Shown one piece after another: positions 54,309 through 64,000 of a stretch of DNA of 64,000 bases; position 1 is the stretch's first letter; each line of letters starts with the position of its first letter. The notes under the pieces are model-generated. The model ran no database searches and had not been told where the DNA came from. It saw nothing but the letters and a program-made list of their open reading frames with translations. The stretch lies in assembly GCA_964016885.1 (NCBI GenBank), contig OZ024754.1, forward strand, positions 34,534,001 through 34,598,000, in the 5' to 3' direction. The translations under genes were made by a program, and so were the position numbers. Source of the stretch: Eledone cirrhosa (lineage: Eukaryota).

Positions 54309-54464
54309 AGTACCGATGACAATGCCAACCCTCGGATATCCTCCAGAAGTCGAACTTCGGATGAACTTCCCCCACACATTGGCAAATACCGCCTGATGAA
54401 AACAATTGGCAAAGGAAACTTTGCTAAAGTAAAGCTTGCCAAGCATATGCCAACAGGAAGGGAG
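54309..54464 (+). CDS. MARK: MARK/PAR-1 Ser/Thr kinase, second coding exon (kinase subdomain I)
   Basis: Translates [52 protein letters not shown] (MARK signature [26 protein letters not shown]); polypyrimidine+CAG acceptor; GTGAGA donor at 54465; 156 nt, phase 0/0. The next exon (VAIKIIDK) was not seen in the window. Confidence 0.96.
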
Positions 54465-54852
54465 GTGAGAGAGCATACAGCTTCTTCATATTTCTTTGAA
54501 ATGTAGTAGTAATACTTCATATGTACACATACATACGTAAGATAAACACAAACACACACATGCTACATATATGTATGATATGCAATAAACACATGCACGC
54601 CTGCAGGAGCAAGATAATACATCTACATACACTAGCGACTCAATCGTTCCAATACACTTAACACATAGATAAATGAAAGGGAGAGTAGGAGGAGAGAATT
54701 GAAGAGCTTGTAGAGAGATAGTGTAAGGAAAGAAGGAAAGAGAAAGCGAGAGAAACTGAATGAAGGTGTGTATGTCTGTGTGTGTGTGTGCAAGAATTGG
54801 AGCAAGTGTAAGAGTATGCGTGTATTTTGTTAGTAAGTCGAGGTGCAACAAG

Positions 54853-54886
<34 letters not shown>

Positions 54887-55404
54887 CCTCCATCATTTTT
54901 TTGTGTCTACTTAACCCATAATTAAACGTCGTTGTCTTGAAATAGAGTGGCAGCTATAATGTTTAGCTTTTTTTTGCTTGTGTGAGAGAGAGAGAATGTA
55001 AGTGAACTAGTGTTGCAGTCCTGTTGTGCCAATTCAAATTACACCCTATATCTAGGTTGGCCTACAAACTATATCACAAATCGACACATACTTATCTAGA
55101 TATATTTATCCTTTTCCATATTTCTTCACTCGTTCATCTACTCTCTCTTTCTCTCTCTCATTGTTCACCAGTTACGGTTCTACTCTGTTCTGATTAGATT
55201 GTGTAATATTAACTAATTAGTTATATTATCACTTAGACACACACTCACACATATGCAATCGTTTATTTGATATAGCTTGAAACAATGCTAGCTCGGAAAT
55301 TCACGAACATAGCTGTTTCTATATTATCTGTATTAGATAAGTGAGAATTGGCCGTATTTTCTTCTTAATGTCATGGTTTGATAATATAATCTCTGTGGTG
55401 TATG

Positions 55405-55443
<39 letters not shown>

Positions 55444-56358
55444 AGAGAGAGAGACTGACTAAGCTGACTATTATAGTGTGTAGTTCATAGGTAAGGTAGT
55501 AGGTAAAGTGACTATTAACCATAATTCTGGAGAAACGAGAAGAGGAGAGATGAGGGTTGGTGGTATCAGCTGTGTATATATGACTGGCCATTTTGGTGTC
55601 TCGCTTGGCTGATATAACTCTCTCTCTCTGTACTCTCTGAAATACGGGCATTTCAATTTTAGATACATATTTCGTTACAGTCACATCGCTTTGTGTTGTT
55701 GAGTGGTGGAGCATTTTTTATTAGTAATTCTGCTTATATTGACATTTTTTTTTCTCTTTCCTTTACCAAACAGCGATCTGATCTAGCTTATTCCGTGCTG
55801 ACTTATAGTGTGTGTGCTTCTCAAGTATGACGTCTCTCGTTCATAGAAATATATTTTACTCGCTAGGCATCTTTGTCGAAGTGAATGAATGTCTCCACTG
55901 TTTTTCTAATTTATGTGTGTATCTATCTATCTATCTATATATCTATCTATGTATTATGTAGGTTCTAGAGTTGTGGGGGTGTGGTAACCACAGTTAAAAA
56001 AGGTACCCAATACGTTGGCAGAGTATAGGCACCTTTATTATATATAGAAATGACTTTTCTGTTTCATTCGTATGAAATTATCATATCTCTATATATATAT
56101 ATAATGAGTGTTGAAAAATACCATTGTTTTTACAACAATCAAACATTAACTAAAAGAGTACTCAATGTGTAAGCAGTGTAAATTATATTCTAAAATGTGT
56201 GTTGCCTTTATGTAAGGCTACCACAACGCATAATTTTAACTTTAAAAAATAGTGGCATCTCTTGTCCACTTTCCGCCTCAAGAAGGACTTATATCATCTG
56301 ATATATTTTCAACTATTTTATAGGTGAAATTACGCTGTCGTTAAATGTCTCACGTGCA

Positions 56359-56411
<53 letters not shown>

Positions 56412-56605
56412 TGTATGCTTAACGTGTCACCAATAGTTTCAGGGTCCAGTTATGGTCAGCACTGTTTAATGGAGGAGGCGCTTTCAAACTATATATATAT
56501 ACACATGACGATATATGACGGCAGTCCATCATATATATAGACTCTGCTGTCATATATCGTTGTGTGTGTGTGTATATATAGACAGACTTTACTATCATAT
56601 ATCGT

Positions 56606-56642
<37 letters not shown>

Positions 56643-56660
56643 TTGATCGACTCTGCCATC

Positions 56661-56715
<55 letters not shown>

Positions 56716-56935
56716 TAGATTAAGTAGACTCGAGCTGTCTGTCTGTAGTTACACACCTAAAAAAACACACATATAATCGAGAGAAAGAGAGAGAAAGAGT
56801 ATACGCGTGGTAAACTGACCAATTGTTGAGTTTATACTTCCTAGACTTCTCTTTTCTTTCTATCGGCGATTATTAAAATAATTTGACCTATTTTTCCCCA
56901 TTAAACTAAACAAAAGTATGTCCAGTACACAAATT

Positions 56936-56992
<57 letters not shown>

Positions 56993-57104
56993 ACATTATA
57001 AATCTTGAATATTACGCTATATGTATGTATATACATATATATATCGTACTTAGCTGTAAGAAGCTTATCCCCGCCCTTTTAATAACGTCATTCACATGAA
57101 GCAA

Positions 57105-57151
<47 letters not shown>

Positions 57152-57918
57152 TTCGGGAAATTTTTTTCTTTTCTTGGCGATATTTTCGATAATAGTAATT
57201 ATGGTAATAATTGTTTCTAGTATGTGTGCAAGGAATATGAAATGTAACCCTTTCTAATGAAATACACTGCTTATGATTTTCAAATAGTTTCGAAAATAAT
57301 TAATTTGAAGGGATTTAGTAATAAACTCACTTTCTTATTAAGCTGGTGTTTGGAACATAAAGGTTATTACGTAAAATTATGGTGGAAGGATTTTAATTAT
57401 AGACATTTTAAAATAAACTATTTTGTGATATAGAACCAATGGCAGGGATTCGAGCTTAGTTCTTTAAAAAAAAAAAAAACAGTTAAATAACCTCAAGGCA
57501 AATTTTCCGTCACTCTGCCGATTCTACCAATCCTATTAACACTAACAGCTATTATTGTAATTGAAGTTCCATTTTTGTAATGTTAAAAGAAACAGTTGCG
57601 TTATTCCTTTAAAATTTTTCTAAACGTTATTCATTTTAGATTTTTCTATACGTTTCATGGCAGACCGCTACGTAATAATCCGACCTGCTAGCAATAGCAG
57701 CCAAATCTTCAAATAATTTTACTAGCTTAAAAAAACAGGAAGGTCACATTGAATAATATATTCCCAGATACATCTGAGATATATGTTTGAAGAGAAAAAA
57801 AGTAGTTACGGCTGAAATCAAGGCCGATGGGCCTCGTTGTTGTCGTAAAGGAATTTATCTAGGTATATAATATTTATGGTGGCTAAAATAAAAGTAATTT
57901 GTGGCTAGTTAAATATAT

Positions 57919-58615
57919 TTCTCTCTCTCGTTCTCTATCACTCTTTCTCTCTCGTTCTCTATCACTCTTTCTCTCTCGTTCTCTATCACTCTTTCTCTCT
58001 CGTTCTCTATCACTCTTTCTCTCTCGTTCTCTATCACTCTTTCTCTCTCGTGCTCTATCACTCTTTCTCTCTCGTTCTCTATCACTCTTTCTCTCTAGTT
58101 CGCTATCACTCTTTCTCTCTCGTTCTCTATCACTCTTTCTCTCTCGTTCTCTATCACTCTTTCTCTCTCGTTCTCTATCACTCTTTCTCTCTCGTTCTCT
58201 ATCACTCTTTCTCTCTCGTTCTCTATCACTTTCTCTCTCGTTCTCTATCACTCTTTCTCTCTCGTTCTATCACTCTTTCTCTCTCGTTCTCTATCACTCT
58301 TTCTCTCTCGTTCTCTAATACTCTCTTTCTCTCTCGTTCTCTATCACTCTTTCTCTCGTTCTCTATCACTCTTTCTCTCTCGTTCTCTATCACTCTCTTT
58401 CTCTCTCGTTCTCTATCACTCTTTCTCTCTCGTTCTCTATCACTCTTTCTCTCTCGTTCTCTATCACTCTTTCTCTCTCGTTCTCTAATACTCTCTCTCT
58501 CGTTCTCTATCATTCTTTCTCTCTCACACTCTTTCCCTCTCGTTCTCTATCACTCTCTTTCCCTCTCGTTCTCTATCACTCTCTTTCCCTCTCGTTCTCT
58601 ATCACTCTCTTTCTC
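57919..58615. repeat. Pyrimidine-rich 24-bp minisatellite (CTCTCTCGTTCTCTATCACTCTTT)
   Basis: Direct tandem repetition over ~700 bp. Confidence 0.95.
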
Positions 58616-59004
58616 TAAAAAGAGAGAGTAGGAAGACTAATCGGTTCCAGCTGAGAACGAAAACCGGTTTTCCGAGAGATCGCCATATTTTTTATTAGTG
58701 TAGTGAAATTATGTAAAGGGATAAAAGTAACAAACAATTCTACAAGTTAGGGTAGGGAGGCATATACATTCTCGCCGATTTGATAAACAGCATCAGTTAT
58801 ACGTGTGCGCGCGCGCGTGTGTGTATATATGTATATATGTATGTGTATATATATATGTATATGGATATATATATGTGTGTATATATGTGTATGTATATAT
58901 GTGTATTTATATGTATACATATATATATATACATATATATATGCATATATATATATGTTGATACACATATATATATACATACACACACATATATATACAT
59001 ACAC

Positions 59005-59035
<31 letters not shown>

Positions 59036-59348
59036 CACATATATATACATATATATATATACATACACATATATATACATACACACACATATACATACAC
59101 ATATGTGTATGTATAGATGTATGTGTATGTATATATATGTGTATGTATGTATGTGTATGTATATATGTGTATGTATATATATGTATATGTATGTATGTAT
59201 GTGTATGTATGTGTATGTATGTATGTGTATGTATGTATGTGTGTGTATGTATATGTGTATGTATGTGTATGTATGTGTGTGTATGTGTATGTATGTATAT
59301 GTGTATGTATATGTGTGTATGTATATATGTGTATGTATATATATGTGT

Positions 59349-59547
59349 ACGGCCGTGTAGGCAACACGGTAAAAACCTCCCAGCCCCACACTGTAAATGT
59401 GGTTGGTGTTAGGAAGGGCATCCAACTGTAGAAAACCCGCCAGACAGTCTTATGCGAGCAAGACAACCACTCTTGCCTCAAGTGGGAAAACCCCCGTCCA
59501 AACCCATGCAAGCGTGGAACACGGACGCTAAACCTGATGATGATGAT
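59349..59547 (+). mobile_element. RTE 3'-end fragment
   Basis: Matches the reverse complement of 1-112 and of 61598-61775. Confidence 0.85.
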
Positions 59548-61477
59548 ATATGTATATATATATATGTGTATATATGTATATATATATGTATATATATGTG
59601 TATATATGTATATATATGTGTATGTATATATATATATATATGTGTATATATGTGTATGTATATATATATATGTGTATATATGTGTATGTATATATATATA
59701 TATGTGTATATATGTGTATGTATATATATATATAGGTGTATATATGTGTATGTATATATATATGTGTATGTATGTATATATGTGTATGTATATATATATG
59801 TGTATGTATGTATATATGTGTATATATATATATATGTGTATATATATATATATGTGTATGTATATATATATATGTGTATGTATATATATATATGTGTATG
59901 TATATATATATGTGTATGTATATATATATGTGTATGTATATATATATGTGTATGTATATATATATGTGTATGTATATATATATGTGTATGTATATATATA
60001 TGTGTATGTATATATATGTGTATGTATATATATATGTGTATGTATATATATATGTGTATGTATATATATATGTGTATGTATATATATATATGTGTATGTA
60101 TATATATATATGTGTATGTATATATATATATGTGTATGTATATATATATATATGTGTATGTATATATATATATGTGTATGTGTATATATATATATATGTG
60201 TATGTGATATATATATATATGTGTATGTGTATATATATATATATGTGTGTGTATATATATATATATGTGTATGTATATATATATATATGTGTATGTATAT
60301 ATATATATATGTGTATGTATATATATATATATGTGTATGTATATATATATATATATATATGTGTATGTATATATATATATGTGTATGTATATATATATAT
60401 GTGTATGTATATATATATATGTGTATGTATATATATATATGTGTATATATGTGTATGTATATATATATGTGTATGTATATATATGTGTATATATGTGTAT
60501 GTATGTATGTGTATGTATATATATATGTGTATATGTGTATGTATATATATATGTGTATGTATGTGTATGTATATATATGTGTATGTATGTGTATGTATAT
60601 ATATATGTGTATATGTGTATGTATATATATATGTGTATATATGTATATATATATGTGTATATATGTATGTATATATATATGTGTATATATGTATGTATAT
60701 ATATATGTGTATATATGTATGTATATATATATGTGTATATATGTATATGTGTGTATATGTGTGTGTATATATATGTGTATATGTGTATGTATATATATGT
60801 GTATATGTGTATGTATATATATGTGTATATGTGTATGTATATATATGTGTATATGTGTATGTATATATATGTGTATATGTGTATGTATATATATGTGTAT
60901 ATGTGTATGTATATATATGTGTATGTATATATATATGTGTATGTATATATGTGTATGTATATATATATATGTATATATATGTGTGTATATATATGTGTGT
61001 ATATATATATATGTGTATATATATATGTGTATGTATATATGTGTATGTATATATGTGTATGTATATATGTGTATGTATATATGTGTATGTATATATGTGT
61101 ATGTATATGTATATATATGTGTATGTATATATATGTGTATGTATGTGTATGTATATATATGTGTATGTATGTGTATGTATATATATATGTGTATGTATAT
61201 ATATGTGTATGTATGTGTGTGTATGTATATATATATGTGTATGTATATATATGTGTATGTATATATATATGTGTATGTATATATATGTGTATGTATGTGT
61301 GTATGTATATATATGTGTATGTATATATATGTGTATGTATATATATGTGTATGTATATATATATGTGTATATGTGTATGTATATATATATGTGTAGGTAT
61401 ATATATATGTGTATGTATATATATATGTGTATGTATATATATATATATGTATATATATGGTGTATATGTGTATGTAT

Positions 61478-61510
<33 letters not shown>

Positions 61511-62249
61511 GTGTATATGTGTATATGTGTATGTATATATATATATATGTGTATGTATATGTATGTATATATGTGCATGTATGTATATATGTGTATATCA
61601 TCATCATCGTTTAACGTCCGTGTTCCACGCTTGCATGGGTTTGGACGGGGGTTTTCCCACTTGAGGCAAGAGTGGTTGTCTCGCTCGCATAAGACTGTCT
61701 GGCGGGTTTTCTACAGTTGGATGCCCTTCCTAACACCAACCACATTTACAGTGTGGAACTGGGAGGTTTTAAACCATATATGTATATATATCTATATGTA
61801 TGTATATATATGTATATCTATATGTATGTATATATATGTGTATGTATTTATATATGTATGTATACATATATATATAAACACATATATATATATATACACA
61901 CATACATATATATACACACATATATGTATGTATGTATGTATATATACATATGTATATATAAATGTATATATATGTATATGTATGTATATACATTTATATA
62001 TATATACATATATGTATATATATATACATTTATATATATATACATATATGTATATATATATATACATATATGTATATATATATACATATATGTATATACA
62101 TATATGTATATATATATATACATATATATATACATATATGTATATATATATATACATATATATATACATATATGTATATATATACATATATATATACATA
62201 TATGTATATATATATATATATGTACATATATATATATACCAGGTGGTGC

Positions 62250-62298
<49 letters not shown>

Positions 62299-62848
62299 TA
62301 TATATATTATATATATTATATATATATACATATATATATATATTACATATATATATGTACATATATATATATACCAGGTGGTGCTATTAAGTTAGACATG
62401 GCCTGGGCCAATACTGGCCAAAACATTTCAAAGTTATTCAAAGTTATATATGTATATATATACATATATATATGTATATATGTATATATATATATATGTA
62501 TATATGTATATATATATACATATATATATGTATATATATACATATATATATATGTATATATATACATATATATATATGTATATATATACATATATATATG
62601 TATATATATAAATATATATATATGTATATATGTATATATACATATATATATATGTATATATATATGTATATATATACATATATATATATGTATATGTATA
62701 TATATATGTATATGTATATATATATGTATATATGTATATATATATGTATATATATATACATATATATATATATGTATATATATATGTATATATGTATATA
62801 TATATGTATATATATATACATGTATATATATATGTATATATATATTTG

Positions 62849-62879
<31 letters not shown>

Positions 62880-62882
62880 TTG

Positions 62883-62919
<37 letters not shown>

Positions 62920-62954
62920 GTATATATATATGTATATATATGTATATATATATG

Positions 62955-63001
<47 letters not shown>

Positions 63002-63066
63002 GTATATATATGTATATATATATATATGTATATATATGTATATATATATGTATGTATATATATATG

Positions 63067-63129
<63 letters not shown>

Positions 63130-63728
63130 GTATATATATATGTATATATATGTATATATATATGTATATATATGTATATATATGTATATATATATGTATA
63201 TATATATATATATGTATATATATATGTATATATATATATATGTATATATGTATATATATATGTATGTATATATATATGTATATATATATGTATATATATA
63301 TGTATGTATATATGTATGTATATATGTATATATATATGTATATATGTATATATATATGTATATATATATGTATATATGTATATATATATGTATATATATA
63401 TGTATATATGTATGTATATATGTATGTATATATGTATATATATATATGTATATATATATGTATATATATATGTATATATGTATGTATATATGTATGTATA
63501 TATGTATATATATATATGTATATATGTATATATGTATGTATATATGTATATATATATATGTATATATGTATATATATATGTATATATATACATATATATA
63601 TATATATGTATGTATATATATATGTATATATATATATGTATCATCATCATCATCATTTTACATCCGCTTTTCCCTGCTTGCAAGGGTGGGACTATACATA
63701 TCTATATATATATATGTATATATATACA
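59548..63728. repeat. Compound (TA)n/(TGTATG)n microsatellite arrays with small inserts
   Basis: Direct inspection; another array at 58826-59346. Confidence 0.97.
61598..61775 (-). mobile_element. RTE 3'-end fragment
   Basis: Near-identical inverted copy of 59370-59547. Confidence 0.85.
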
Positions 63729-63729
63729 T

Positions 63730-63983
63730 ATATATATATATGTATATAAGGATTAGAATACTGGAGCGTGTTGGAGTTAAACACCCTCTTCGTATTATAG
63801 AAATTACAGTAAAAGGTATAGCTCAATGCAGTTCCACAGAGCCAAAAAATTAAGAGAGTAAAACAAAGAATCCTTTAATACATCAAAAGTTTTTATTAGC
63901 CGACAATGTTTAATAGGACGAAACATTGTCGGCTAATAAAAACTTTTGATGTATTAAAGGATTCTTTGTTTTACTCTCTTAAT
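63730..63983. mobile_element. Fold-back element in (TA)n, 63-bp perfect arms, hammerhead 3' half at the apex
   Basis: 63849-63911 / 63921-63983 inverted; GAAAC-ATT-GTC at 63920-30. Confidence 0.65.
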
Positions 63984-64000
63984 ATATATGTATATGTATA

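Noticed and set aside
54190-54396. 68-aa ORF from the track overlapping the kinase exon
   Set aside because: Wrong frame; the real exon is in another frame and has no initiating ATG.
57883-58631. (SDRERERK)n ORF resembling an RE/SR-rich protein
   Set aside because: Translation of a 24-bp CT-rich minisatellite; no splice or domain context.
58747-63853. Long ORFs (up to 943 aa)
   Set aside because: Same microsatellite artefact.

Overview
Eukaryotic (metazoan) genomic DNA, AT-rich and dominated by repeats. The repeat content (tRNA-headed SINEs with (ATG)n tails, RTE-clade LINEs, kb-scale (TA)n/(TATATG)n arrays) suggests an octopod cephalopod; this is inference, not a database result. One host gene is recognisable: the first two coding exons of a MARK/PAR-1 Ser/Thr kinase (+ strand, 38797-38853 and 54309-54464, 15.5-kb intron, CCAAT/YY1 promoter-like segment near 37.4 kb). 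The rest is transposon and tandem-repeat material: a young 5'-truncated RTE LINE whose RT carries an inserted PHD-type zinc finger, many decayed RTE copies, a Penelope-like GIY-YIG remnant, piggyBac/Tc1-mariner MITEs, a 3.5-kb 25/23-bp satellite, minisatellites and a 200-N gap. The most striking unexplained signal is a set of mutually unrelated short fold-back (long inverted-repeat) elements sitting in (TA)n tracts. They carry minimal type-I hammerhead ribozyme motifs (CUGANGA...GAAA-palindromic loop-NUH), in the best case one intact ribozyme on each strand. Almost all long ORFs in the supplied track are low-complexity artefacts. All folds and alignments were done by eye.
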